A stretch of 64,000 bases of DNA, from positions 2,999 to 66,998 of the forward strand of contig JAEZHP010000030.1 in NCBI GenBank assembly GCA_023416515.1. Direction: 5' to 3'. Positions 39,927 to 49,492 of the stretch are shown in pieces (positions within the stretch are counted from its first letter, which is position 1; every line of letters begins with the position of its first letter). The position numbers and the translations under genes are program-made. This DNA is from Pseudomonadota bacterium (lineage in GTDB: Bacteria > Pseudomonadota > Alphaproteobacteria > Sphingomonadales > Sphingomonadaceae). Under the pieces are notes generated by a model. The model ran no database searches and was not told the origin of the DNA. It saw nothing but the letters and a program-made list of their open reading frames with translations.

Positions 39927-40669
39927 GTCGCGAGAAACTCCTTCAGATCGGGAATGGCGATGAGCCGGTCGTGGAAAACGCTTGCCGCAAGCGCGCCGCT
40001 CGCGCCCGCGTCGACGAACGCGTCCCGGAAATGCTCCGGCGTGCCGGCTCCTCCCGAGGCGATCACCGGGACCGACACGGCTTGAACGACCGCCCTGGTG
40101 TGGGCGATGTCGTAGCCGCCGCGCACGCCGTCCCGCCGCATGCAGTTGAGCACGATCTCGCCCGCGCCCCGGGCCGCTGCTTCTCTAACCCAGTCCAGAG
40201 TCGAGCGTCCGGCATCGCGAGTGGCGTCCGGTGAACCGGTATATTGTTGGACGACATGGCCGTTGCCGACGGCGAGGCTGTCGACGCCGACCACCGCGCA
40301 CTGGCTGCCGAAGTCACGCGCGATTTCCTCGATAAGCTGCGGCCGCTCCAGCGCCGGCGAATTGATCGAGATCTTGTCGGCCCCGGCGTCGAGGCAGGCC
40401 GCGGCCTGGTCTCGGCTGCGAATGCCGCCGGCGACGGTGAACGGGATGTCGATGATACGTGCGATTCGCCGCACCCAGTCGAGATCGAGGCTTCGGCCCT
40501 CGGGGCTCGCGCCGATGTCGTAGAAAACGAGCTCGTCGGCCCCTTCCTTGCGGTAGCGCAACGCCTGATCGAGGATGCCGCCGGCGTCGCGGTGGTCGCG
40601 GAACTGAACGCCTTTGACGACGCGGCCGTCCTTCACGTCGAGGCAAGGGATGATCCTACGCGCAGGCAT
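39902..40669 (-). CDS. hisF: Imidazole glycerol phosphate synthase cyclase subunit
   Basis: [37 protein letters not shown]. Confidence 0.97.
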   Translation of the reverse strand: MPARRIIPCLDVKDGRVVKGVQFRDHRDAGGILDQALRYRKEGADELVFYDIGASPEGRSLDLDWVRRIARIIDIPFTVAGGIRSRDQAAACLDAGADKISINSPALERPQLIEEIARDFGSQCAVVGVDSLAVGNGHVVQQYTGSPDATRDAGRSTLDWVREAAARGAGEIVLNCMRRDGVRGGYDIAHTRAVVQAVSVPVIASGGAGTPEHFRDAFVDAGASGALAASVFHDRLIAIPDLKEFLATCGIEMRR

Positions 40670-41372
40670 CGAGCGCCTCCGCGAGCGTGAAGCGCCCTTC
40701 CCAGACCGCCTTGCCCACGATGGCGCCTGCAGTGGTCAGGCGGCGCAGATCGTCAAGCGAGGCAACACCGCCCGAGGCCTGAATCTCCGCCGTGGACAGG
40801 CGCTGGGCCGCCTCTTCCAGCAACGCGAAATTGGGCCCGGCAAGCATGCCGTCGCGCCCGACATCGGTGAGCAGGATTTGGCGCGCCTCCGGATATAGCG
40901 CCGCCGCGTCCCACAGCGACAAGGTCGAGGCTTCGGTCCAGCCGGAAGCGACCACCCACGGCGCGCCGCCATCGATTCGAACGTCAAGCGAAAGGGTGAT
41001 CCGCTCCGCGCCGAACTCCGTAAGCAAGGCTCGCACGAGATCCGGTTGCTTGACCGCGAGACTGCCGATCACGACGCGCGACACGCCCGCATCCAGCATC
41101 TGCGCGATCTGACCGCGGGTTCGAAACCCGCCGCCGACTTGCAGCTTCAGCTCCGCCGCGCCGGCCAGGCGCGTGATCAGCGCATGTTGCACAGGCTCGC
41201 CGGCTTTTGCGCCGTCGAGATCGACGACATGTGCCCATTCGGCGCCGGCCGCGGCAAACTCCGCCAGAGCTTCCGCGGGGTCGACCGGATAAGCAGTCGA
41301 GTCGTCGAACCGCCCCTGCCGAAGGCGCACGACGCGGCCGCCCATCAGGTCCATTGCAGGATAGAGGATCAT
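40656..41372 (-). CDS. hisA: ProFAR isomerase
   Basis: [43 protein letters not shown]. Confidence 0.96.
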   Translation of the reverse strand: MILYPAMDLMGGRVVRLRQGRFDDSTAYPVDPAEALAEFAAAGAEWAHVVDLDGAKAGEPVQHALITRLAGAAELKLQVGGGFRTRGQIAQMLDAGVSRVVIGSLAVKQPDLVRALLTEFGAERITLSLDVRIDGGAPWVVASGWTEASTLSLWDAAALYPEARQILLTDVGRDGMLAGPNFALLEEAAQRLSTAEIQASGGVASLDDLRRLTTAGAIVGKAVWEGRFTLAEALDACA

Positions 41373-41950
41373 GAGGCGAGCCAGGCCTGAAGAAAGCGCG
41401 CGCCGGCCTCGCCCGAACGCTCCGGGTGGAATTGCGCCCCCCAGTAATTCCCTTTTGCGACCACGGCGGGAATCTCGCGGCCATAATCTGCCGACGCACG
41501 CGTTGCCGCGCCGGTGTCGCAGGCGAAGCTGTGTGCGAAATAGACATAGTCGCCATCGCGCAGCCCGATTTCGGGATCAGATACGGCAAGCCGGCTCCAT
41601 CCCATATGCGGCACCGGCCGCTCCGACGCCGGCTCAAGCTTGCGGACACGACCGGGGACGATGCCGAGGCACGGAACCCCGTCCTCCTCGGTCGAATCGA
41701 ACAGCAATTGCATGCCGAGACAAATGCCGAGCACGGGCTGGCGAAGGGACCGAAGAGCGTCCCCGAGGCCAAGCGCTTCGATCCGCTCCATGGCGAAGCC
41801 CGCGGCTCCGACACCCGGCAGCACGACCCGTTCCGCGGAGGCCATCCGGTCGGCGTCGTCGGTCACCAGCGGCGTCGCGCCGAACCGCTCGAGCGCGATG
41901 GCGACCGATCCCAGGTTGCCGCACCCCAAATCCACGATGGCCAGGGTCAC
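41369..41950 (-). CDS. hisH: Imidazole glycerol phosphate synthase glutaminase subunit
   Basis: GNLGSV, LPGVG, LGICLGMQ, PHMGW, YFAHS, QFHPERS; GTG start overlaps upstream stop. Confidence 0.95.
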   Translation of the reverse strand: MTLAIVDLGCGNLGSVAIALERFGATPLVTDDADRMASAERVVLPGVGAAGFAMERIEALGLGDALRSLRQPVLGICLGMQLLFDSTEEDGVPCLGIVPGRVRKLEPASERPVPHMGWSRLAVSDPEIGLRDGDYVYFAHSFACDTGAATRASADYGREIPAVVAKGNYWGAQFHPERSGEAGARFLQAWLAS

Positions 41951-43602
41951 AACATGCCCTTCGTGCTGGGCAGGGTGTCGCCGTCCATCCGGACCGCCTC
42001 GCGAAGCGCCCGGCCTAACGCCTTGAAGCAGGCTTCGGTCTTGTGGTGGTCGTTCTCGCCCGTCACGCGCACGTGGACCGAGGCGCCGAGGCTGTCGGCG
42101 ATCGAGCGGAAGACGTGAGCCGTCATCTCGGTCGGATAGGCACCGATATGGCTCGCCTCGAACCGTCCTTCGAAGACGCTGCTTGGCCGGCCGGAAAGAT
42201 CCACGAGCACCTGCGCCTGCGCCTCGTCCATCGGCAGTGCGAACCCGAACCGGCCGATGCCTCGTCGCTCGCCGAGCGCCTTCGACAAGGCGGAGCCGAA
42301 GGCGATGGCGCAATCCTCGATGCTGTGATGCCCGTCCACGGCGAGATCGCCGTCGCAGGTGAGGACGAGCGAGAAACCGCCATGCGCAGCCACCTGGTCA
42401 AGCATATGGTCGTAGAAGGGAATGCCGGTCGCAATTCGCCGGGGTTCCGCGCGATCAAGATCCACTGCCACCGCGATCCGAGTCTCGCGCGTATCCCGCG
42501 CCAGCTCCGCACGACGGCCCGGCGCTCGAGCCTCGCCAACCCAGAACGCGGCGAGCGCCGAGTCATTCTCCTCGGGAGTCCCGATGGTCAGCCGGACGCC
42601 GCCCGGCGCCGCATTCTCGCGGAAGCGTAGCCTGATGCCGAGGTGGTCCAGCCGGCGAGCGAGCGCCGGCGCGTCCTCCACCTCCAGGAAAAGAAAGTTG
42701 CCGCCGCCATTTCGTACCCTGCGCACCAACGGCGAAGCCAGGAGGCGCTCCGCCAACCGTGCTCGTTCCGTCCGGATCCGCTCGATCCGTTCCTCGTGCA
42801 CGGCGCGCCGCGACGGCGCCAGCGCAGCAAGCGCGGCCTCGATCGACAAAGTCGGCAGCGGATAAGGAGGCAGCGCCCGCTGCAGCAGGCCGATCAGCTC
42901 GGCATTCGCTATCGCAGCTCCGATGCGCGCGCCGGCAAGGCCGTAAGCCTTGGAGAGGGTGCGCAGAACGACCAGGTTCGGCCGTCTTGCCGCCTCTTCG
43001 GAGAGGCTCACGACATCGGCGAACTCGATATAGGCCTCGTCCAAGACGATGAGGGTGTCCGGCAGCGCGTCGGCGATCTCCAGCACCTGGGCGGGTGCCA
43101 CCGGGTTGCCGGTGGGGTTGTTCGGCGAGCAGATGAAGGCGAGCTTCAGCTTCGGCTCGGCCCGCGCGGCAGCCAGGAAGGCGTCGCTGTCCAGATCGAA
43201 ATCGGACGTCAGCCTCGCCTCCGCGACACGTGCTCCCTGGAGCCGGGCGAAGTGGGCGTAAGCGGAGAAAGTCGGCGTCGCCACGAGCACCGCATCCTCG
43301 CCAGCCCGGCAGAAGATGCGGACGAGCAGGTCGATCGCATCGTCCGCGCCGCGCGTCATGACCAGCTCGTTCAGAGCGACGCCGTAGAGGCTCGCCATCA
43401 CTTGGCGAAGACGGGCCGGCTGCGGCTCCGGATAGCGGTTGATCCCGGCGTCGAGGGCCGATGCGCCCAGCGGCGGGAACGGATTCTCATTGGCGTCGAG
43501 GCTGATTACGTCGGCTAGCCCGGCGGTCGCGCGCGCGCCGATGTCGAACGGAGGAAGCGCGAGTATTTCTGGTCGCGCAAGGCGCAATGCGAGCGAGTTC
43601 AT
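41947..43602 (-). CDS. Fused histidinol-phosphate aminotransferase (HisC) and imidazoleglycerol-phosphate dehydratase (HisB)
   Basis: One ORF: LDANENP, NRYPEP, CSPNNPTG, DEAY, RTLSKAYGLAG, then RETRI, GIPFYDHML, DGHHSIED, PMDEA, NDHHKTEACFKA. Confidence 0.93.
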   Translation of the reverse strand: MNSLALRLARPEILALPPFDIGARATAGLADVISLDANENPFPPLGASALDAGINRYPEPQPARLRQVMASLYGVALNELVMTRGADDAIDLLVRIFCRAGEDAVLVATPTFSAYAHFARLQGARVAEARLTSDFDLDSDAFLAAARAEPKLKLAFICSPNNPTGNPVAPAQVLEIADALPDTLIVLDEAYIEFADVVSLSEEAARRPNLVVLRTLSKAYGLAGARIGAAIANAELIGLLQRALPPYPLPTLSIEAALAALAPSRRAVHEERIERIRTERARLAERLLASPLVRRVRNGGGNFLFLEVEDAPALARRLDHLGIRLRFRENAAPGGVRLTIGTPEENDSALAAFWVGEARAPGRRAELARDTRETRIAVAVDLDRAEPRRIATGIPFYDHMLDQVAAHGGFSLVLTCDGDLAVDGHHSIEDCAIAFGSALSKALGERRGIGRFGFALPMDEAQAQVLVDLSGRPSSVFEGRFEASHIGAYPTEMTAHVFRSIADSLGASVHVRVTGENDHHKTEACFKALGRALREAVRMDGDTLPSTKGML

Positions 43603-44897
43603 GCCGGCACCTGCTCGAGCCGTGCCTCGGCCGCCCGCGCATGCGCCTCCAGCCCCTCGAGCCGTGCCAGGAGCGCGGCCGGGCGGGCGACCCGCTCCGC
43701 CGCGGCGTCGGTCAGCGTCTGGACGCTCATCGATTTGAGGAAGGTGTAGACCGAGACGCCGCTCCACGCCCGCGCCGCGCCGTCGGTCGGAAGCACGTGG
43801 CTCGACCCCGCAAGATAATCGCCGATCGTCTCCGCCGCGTTGCGCCCGACGAAGACCGCCCCGGCATTGCGGATTCGCTCCACCACCGAGTCTGCATTCC
43901 GAACGGCGAGCGAGAGATGCTCGGGAGCGTAGCCGTTCGCCACCTCGATCGCTTCGTCCACACTTTCCGTGAGGATAGCACGCGCATTGGCGAGCGCGCC
44001 GCGAACGGCGTCCTCGCGCGGCAGCAAGGCCGCCTGCGCCTCGACCGCGCAAAGCACGGCGGCTGCAAAACTCTCGCTGTCCGTCACCAGCACCACCTGG
44101 GCGGCAGCGTCATGTTCGGCCTGGCTCAGCAGGTCGGCCGCGACGATCTTGGGATCGGCGCTGTCGTCGGCGATCACCATCAGCTCGCTTGGGCCGGCGG
44201 GAAGGTCGATCGCCGGCCCGCCTTCGAGCGCCGCGACCTGAGTCTTCGCCTCAGCGACCCAGGCATTGCCCGGCCCGCAGATCTTGTCGACGGGCGCGAT
44301 ATCGCCCGCGCCGAAGGCGAGCGCCGCGACGGCCTGGGCGCCGCCGACGGTCCAGATTGCCTCGATGCCGCAAAGCTCCGCCGCCAGCGCCACCGCCGGG
44401 TCGAGGCCGCCCTCGCCTCGCGGCGGTGTGACCACGACAAAGTCTCGCACGCCGGCCGCGCGGGCCGGCAGCGCAAGCATCAGGAGCGAGGAGAAAAGCG
44501 GAGTCGCTCCGCCCGGCACATAGAGCCCAACTCGATCGATCGCGCGCCACGTCTTGCGGACGGTGAGACCTGGGATCGTCTCCACCTCGATGTCCGCAGG
44601 GCGGCTGCGCTCGTGAAACAAGGCAATGTTCCGCGCAGCGAACGCAATCGCTTCCACCTGCTCGGCATCGAGCAGGCGCCGAGCTCCGGCCGCCGCCGGC
44701 GCGACCTTCTCCAGGCCCGGATCCTGGCCGTCGATGCGCCGCGCCTCATCGCACAGCGCGGGCCACCCGCCGCCCCGAACCCGATCGATGATCGAGCGGA
44801 CAACGTCCTTGAGCGCGCGGTCGCTACGCTCCTCCGGCCGCGCGAGCGCACGTCGCCGCTCGGCAGCGCCCAATGTCTTCCAATCGAGGATTTTCAC
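43599..44897 (-). CDS. hisD: Histidinol dehydrogenase
   Basis: GLYVPGG, GGAQAVAA, GPGNAWV, DLPAGPSE, DLLSQAEH, APEHL, HVLPT, EGLEAHA. Confidence 0.97.
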   Translation of the reverse strand: MKILDWKTLGAAERRRALARPEERSDRALKDVVRSIIDRVRGGGWPALCDEARRIDGQDPGLEKVAPAAAGARRLLDAEQVEAIAFAARNIALFHERSRPADIEVETIPGLTVRKTWRAIDRVGLYVPGGATPLFSSLLMLALPARAAGVRDFVVVTPPRGEGGLDPAVALAAELCGIEAIWTVGGAQAVAALAFGAGDIAPVDKICGPGNAWVAEAKTQVAALEGGPAIDLPAGPSELMVIADDSADPKIVAADLLSQAEHDAAAQVVLVTDSESFAAAVLCAVEAQAALLPREDAVRGALANARAILTESVDEAIEVANGYAPEHLSLAVRNADSVVERIRNAGAVFVGRNAAETIGDYLAGSSHVLPTDGAARAWSGVSVYTFLKSMSVQTLTDAAAERVARPAALLARLEGLEAHARAAEARLEQVPA

Positions 44898-45784
44898 ATC
44901 ATCATCTTTTCAATGGGGAGGACGAGAATGGCCGACGCGCCGGTCGCCTTCAGCTTCTGAAGGGTCTCCCAAAAGACCGATTCCTGGCAGACCGCGTGGA
45001 CCGCGAAATGGCCCGGCCGCTGGTGGAGCGGCAGGATCGTTGGAGCCTCCGCGCCCGGCAGCAGCGCGCTGATCGCCGGCAGCGCCTCTTCGGGCGCGTT
45101 CAACATGATGTACTTCGACTCTTTGGTCGCGAGTACCCCGTCGATGCGGCTGAGCAGCCCGGCGACTTGCTCTTCCCCCGCTGGGGACACCGGCTTGCGG
45201 GTACGAATGAGCACCGCCTCGCTCTCGAACACCGTCTCGACCGGACGAAGGCCGTTGGCCTCGAGGGTCGCGCCCGTCGAAACGAGGTCGCAGATGAAGG
45301 GCGCGATCTGGAGCCGCGGCGCCAGTTCGACGGCGCCGTTCATCTTCACCACCGTTGCCCTGATCTGGCGGTCGTCAAGGAAGTTCTGAACGGTGCGCGG
45401 ATAGGAGGTCGCGATCCGAGCGCCCTCGAGCGACCCTATGCCTTGCCACTCTGCTGTTTCCGGAGCGGCGAGCTTCAGCGTGCAGCGCCCGAAGCCGAGC
45501 TGGGCGACCACATCGCAGCGGGGCTCCAGCTCGCCGAGTTCGAACTCGCGAAGCACGTTGCCGCCCACCACGCCAAGCTCGCACACGCCGTCGGCGACGA
45601 AGGTGGGGATGTCATCGTCGCGCACGAACATGAGGTCGGCCGGGAAATTCTCGACCCGCGCCGTCAGCTCGTTCTTGCCGTTCTGGACCCTGAGGCCTGC
45701 ATCGCGAAGCAGCGCGCGGCTGAGCTCCGACAGCCTGCCCGATTTCTGAATGGCGATGTGGAGGCGCGGGGCGTCAGCGAGCAT
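44894..45784 (-). CDS. hisG: ATP phosphoribosyltransferase, long form
   Basis: IAIQKSGRL, VRDDDIP, IATSYP, DLVSTGATLEAN plus C-terminal regulatory domain (ESKYIMLNAP..ILVLPIEKMM). Confidence 0.96.
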   Translation of the reverse strand: MLADAPRLHIAIQKSGRLSELSRALLRDAGLRVQNGKNELTARVENFPADLMFVRDDDIPTFVADGVCELGVVGGNVLREFELGELEPRCDVVAQLGFGRCTLKLAAPETAEWQGIGSLEGARIATSYPRTVQNFLDDRQIRATVVKMNGAVELAPRLQIAPFICDLVSTGATLEANGLRPVETVFESEAVLIRTRKPVSPAGEEQVAGLLSRIDGVLATKESKYIMLNAPEEALPAISALLPGAEAPTILPLHQRPGHFAVHAVCQESVFWETLQKLKATGASAILVLPIEKMMM

Positions 45785-46100
45785 TCTTGCCCTCCATCGC
45801 ATCGAGGGCCCGCCGGTAGCCCCGATGGGGCTCCTGCTTCAGGAAGCGCGCCACCCGGACGACGGTCGTCGTGCTGACCCCCGTCGCCTCCTGGATCTCC
45901 CGGTAGGAAAGCTCGTCCTGATCGAGCAGCCGCGCAACTTGCCACCGCTCGGCGAGGGTTTTGATCTCCGCAGGCGTGCAAAGATCGACCAGCAGGCGTC
46001 GCATTTCCTCTCCGGTCTCCGGCGTCAACAAAGCAGCGCAGAGGTCATCGGTGAGCCGATCCATATCTTTCGTGGGTGCCAAGGGAGGAGCGTCCGGCAT
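45774..46100 (-). CDS. YerC/YecD TrpR-like regulator (probable HisR)
   Basis: DLCTPAEI..LAERWQVARLL..SYREI..TGVSTTTVVRVAR; first gene of the his operon. Confidence 0.9.
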   Translation of the reverse strand: MPDAPPLAPTKDMDRLTDDLCAALLTPETGEEMRRLLVDLCTPAEIKTLAERWQVARLLDQDELSYREIQEATGVSTTTVVRVARFLKQEPHRGYRRALDAMEGKNAR

Positions 46101-46106
46101 TCACAT

Positions 46107-46134
46107 TGTTCCAACGTGCTAATACAGTGGAACG
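46107..46134. promoter_or_regulatory. Candidate operator of the TrpR-like his regulator
   Basis: GTTCCA-N14-TGGAAC inverted repeat with internal GTGCTA/TAATACA half-sites, just upstream of the regulator. Confidence 0.45.
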
Positions 46135-46224
46135 CGCAGCTAATGCCTGAGCTTGCCGAGTTCAACCCCTCAACCTCAGAGCCTTTTCACGAGGAGGCGA
46201 GGTCCGGACCAGACTTCTCCCGCG

Positions 46225-46285
46225 TGTCCGTTTTCGGGTAGCGGTCAAGCTGCTAGGAGCGGCAGCTATGGGCGCAAAGCGGACA
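46225..46285. repeat. Imperfect palindromic element
   Basis: TGTCCGTTTT..AGCTGC-N8-GCAGCT..AAAGCGGACA; shares 16/19 nt with 28157-28175. Confidence 0.55.
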
Positions 46286-46373
46286 TCAAGCCGATGAGGC
46301 GGTCTCTAATCAGGGCGCCTGGGCACCCGATCCCCGGCGTCACGCGGTTACCTGCTGCTCGGGTCAGCCGTCG

Positions 46374-46661
46374 CTACGGCCGGTCGGCGATGAGCCGCTG
46401 AATGTCCGGGTGATCAGCATCAGCGCGCTGGAGCAGCACCTCGATGACCGCATTAATCTGTTCATCGCTCGGGATGAGCCGGGTTGGACTTTCCCACCAC
46501 CAATCGTGAAGAGCCGAGCAGAGCGTAACGGGCTCCGCAGTGGCAACTTCCTCGCGCGTGGGGATGTAACAACCCATGCCGATCATACCGCGATGCTCCT
46601 CCATGACGGCCTTGATGTCGTCCAGGGTAAAGCCGAACCGGTCCTCGCGATCATTATTCAT
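46374..46661 (-). CDS. Hypothetical protein (island cargo)
   Basis: 95-aa ATG ORF in a lower-GC stretch. Confidence 0.6.
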   Translation of the reverse strand: MNNDREDRFGFTLDDIKAVMEEHRGMIGMGCYIPTREEVATAEPVTLCSALHDWWWESPTRLIPSDEQINAVIEVLLQRADADHPDIQRLIADRP

Positions 46662-46838
46662 TGGTCTGGTCCACGTTGGCAGAGAGTGGCTCGATGTCGG
46701 GTGCCCGCCAACAGATCGTTATCTTCGGTTTCGGGAAACTCTGGTTGATCGTTTTCCCCGCGGATACGGCCGTTTCGGGTGACCTCGCTTAGAGACGGTC
46801 GCGTGCTTATCGACGAGGCCTCCGCGCTCGCAGGCATC

Positions 46839-47900
46839 TCAAGAGTAGTTGGCATGATGGCGGGCGAAGAAGCTGAACGCCGCCGGACCCTCGCCTCTTT
46901 CGAATGCAGTGAGCACCTCCCTCAAAGCCGGCGTCACGAACAAGGGCAAGGACGGCACTGGGGCGTCGATGCCGCGAGCCACGCGCGCGCGGTTGGCAAG
47001 ACCCGCTCCCATTTCCGCGGCCAGCCGCCGCCGGAACTCCCCCTCGCTTCGCGCAGCGGCGACCGCGAAATAGATGGTCAACCCTTCCGGTCGCGAAATC
47101 GTCGACGCTGCCGAGCCAAAGCGAGACCGCCAGTCGATCCCCTCTAATTCTTTCCAAGGAGCACTCCGGATCATCCCTGGACGCTGCGCGGTTAACGCCA
47201 TGAAGCGCGATGCGAGCCTGGTGACGGGGTTCGCTCCGGCTGAGTCCACCGCAGCGATGAGATCGTGGATCTGATCCAGCTTGGTAAGCGCCGGCCAACG
47301 CCGACCGGGTGGAACAGATTTCAGTGACTCAGCAACGTCAGTGGGATTGCCGTTCCCCGCGTTTGGCTTAGCAAATTTGAATATCGCCGACATGCGCTGG
47401 CGCAGTCGGTGGGACGTCTCTATGGCGCCCCGCTGTTGGACCGGCCTGAGGACTGCCAAAACCAAAGCCTCGTCGATGTCGGTGACGGCGAGAGAGCCGA
47501 TGGCCGGAAATACGTCACGTTCCAGGCTCGTAAGCACGTCATCAGCGTGAACCTTCGTCCACCTATCCTTCTGAAGTTCATGCCATTCGCGGGCGAACCG
47601 CTCGAATGTGTTTTCATGGCGAGCAACGTTCGCGAGCCTAGCCTTCTTTCGCTCATAGGCGGGATCACGCCCTTCGCGGAGCAGGCGCTTCGCATCGTCC
47701 CGCATCTGCCGTGCCGCCACCAAGCCAATTTCCGGGTAGGCCCCGAGGACCAGTCTCCTTTCTTTGCCCCCAAAGCGGTACTTCAGGCGCCAAGAGCGGT
47801 GGCCTGACTTTGTCACGAACAGGTGCAAACCGCCGGAATCGCTAAGCTTGTAGTCCCGGTCAGCGGCCTTCGCTTTTCGAACTGCGGCATCTGTCAGCAT
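46839..47900 (-). pseudogene. P4-like tyrosine integrase, C-terminally truncated or chimeric
   Basis: MLTDAAVRKAK..YKLSDSGGLHL..WRLKYRF..LGAYP arm domain, ALTAQRPG first catalytic Arg; after GIDW no HxxR or catalytic Tyr is seen. Confidence 0.82.
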
Positions 47901-47940
47901 GCCCCCACTCCCGTACGCAGATGCCCCCAAAATGCCCCCA
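47899..47940. repeat. Three ATGCCCCCA direct repeats (probable integrase arm-binding sites)
   Basis: At 47899, 47921 and 47932, between the tRNA 3' end and the integrase start. Confidence 0.6.
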
Positions 47941-48053
47941 AGCCGTTCCGGATTTGACCGGATCGGATCGGACGCCCTTGGAAAGCATAACGCCAGAAAG
48001 TTGAGGAATTCTCAGCGATTCCGGATGCGGTCGGATGCGGCTGGAAAGCCAGG

Positions 48054-48144
48054 TGGCGGAGCGGGAGGGATTCGAACCCTCGATACGGTTTTGCCGTATA
48101 CTCACTTTCCAGGCGAGCGCCTTCGACCACTCGGCCACCGCTCC
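48054..48144 (-). tRNA. tRNA-Ser (GGA)
   Basis: Acceptor GGAGCGG/CCGCTCC-G-CCA, anticodon arm CTCGC-CTGGAAA-GTGAG, long variable arm, GGTTCGAATCC. Confidence 0.97.
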
Positions 48145-48168
48145 GCATTGCTCTGGAAGGCCGGCTAT

Positions 48169-48474
48169 CTAGTCGCGCGACGGCGAGGCGGCAAGCGCCT
48201 CTATTCGCGTGGCGAGCGCGATGTCCTTGGCGCTGAGGTCGCCCGCATCGTGGGTAGTGAGCGCGATGTCGACTCGGTTCCATACGTTCGACCATTCCGG
48301 GTGATGGTTCGCCCTCTCCGCCTCCAGGGCGACACGGGTCATGAAGCCGAACGCCTCATTGAAATCGCGGAAGGTGAAGCGCTTTCGGATTGCGCCATGT
48401 GCAGGATCCCAGTCCCAGCCGGGGAGACCGTCAAGCGCCTCCGAGCGCTCCTGGTCGCTGAGCTTTGCCGCCAC
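48169..48474 (-). CDS. phhB: Pterin-4a-carbinolamine dehydratase
   Basis: [35 protein letters not shown]. Confidence 0.93.
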   Translation of the reverse strand: MAAKLSDQERSEALDGLPGWDWDPAHGAIRKRFTFRDFNEAFGFMTRVALEAERANHHPEWSNVWNRVDIALTTHDAGDLSAKDIALATRIEALAASPSRD

Positions 48475-48515
48475 CCCTTCCTCCCAATGGCTCTTTGCCT
48501 CTATGTCCTCCGATC

Positions 48516-48917
48516 GTGACGGATCGTCAAACCTTCGCGCCCGACGCGGCGGCGTTCGAGCGGCTCGCCGAGGCCGCGCTTGCTCGGCTGCCGGAACAGT
48601 TCCGGGCCCTGATCGAGGGCGTCGTCCTGCGCATCGAGGAGGAGCCCGACGAGGCCCTCGTCGCCGAGATGGGGCTGGAAAGCGTCTATGAGCTGACCGG
48701 CCTCTATTCCGGCCGCTCCCTTCGCGAGGCGAGCAGCTGGGCGTCCGGCGAGCATCCGCCGATGATCCACCTCTACCGAATCCCGTTGCTGGTCGAATGG
48801 GTCGAGACCGGGGTCGCCCTCGAAGACCTCATCACCCACGTCATCGTCCATGAGGTCGGCCACCATTTCGGCCTCAGCGACGACGACATGCACGCGCTGG
48901 AGGACCAGGCCGGGTGA
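48516..48917 (+). CDS. Zincin-like metallopeptidase (DUF1025)
   Basis: [31 protein letters not shown]. Confidence 0.88.
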   Translation: MTDRQTFAPDAAAFERLAEAALARLPEQFRALIEGVVLRIEEEPDEALVAEMGLESVYELTGLYSGRSLREASSWASGEHPPMIHLYRIPLLVEWVETGVALEDLITHVIVHEVGHHFGLSDDDMHALEDQAG

Positions 48918-49492
48918 GCGGCGGCGGCGGCTCGCCTTTGCTGGAGATGAAGGTCGTCGAGGGGTGGCGCGGCGGCCGTCTCCTGTTCGAGGCGTTCGAT
49001 CTTCGCCTCGGCCCGGGCGAGGCGGCAATGGTCACCGGCCCGAACGGCATCGGAAAGTCGAGCCTGCTTCGCATCGCCGCCGGTCTGCTCCCTGTACGCG
49101 CTGGCACGGTCACGCGCGCCGACGCTGCGCTCGCCGACGAGAGCCTTGCGCTCGAGCCCAGGCGGACGCTGGCCGAGGCCCTTGGCTTCTGGGCGCGGCT
49201 GGACGGCGTCTCGGCGATTCCAGGAATGGAGGCGATGGGGATTGCCCATCTCGCCGAAATACCGGTGCGAATGCTGTCGACCGGCCAGCGCAAGCGTGCG
49301 GCGCTTGCGCGGGTGCTCGCATGCAACGCGCCTCTCTGGCTTCTCGACGAGCCCGCCAACGGCCTCGACGCCGAGGGCCGCGAGCGGCTCGAGAAAGGCA
49401 TGGCCGCGCACCGGATCCGCGGCGGCGCCATCCTCGTCGCGACGCACCAGCCGCTTCATCTCCCCGATTGCGCTCGGGTGGAGCTGGCATGA
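48914..49492 (+). CDS. ccmA: Heme exporter ATP-binding protein
   Basis: GPNGIGKSS, LSTGQRKR, LWLLDEP, ATH; precedes ccmB. Confidence 0.92.
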   Translation: MSGGGGSPLLEMKVVEGWRGGRLLFEAFDLRLGPGEAAMVTGPNGIGKSSLLRIAAGLLPVRAGTVTRADAALADESLALEPRRTLAEALGFWARLDGVSAIPGMEAMGIAHLAEIPVRMLSTGQRKRAALARVLACNAPLWLLDEPANGLDAEGRERLEKGMAAHRIRGGAILVATHQPLHLPDCARVELA

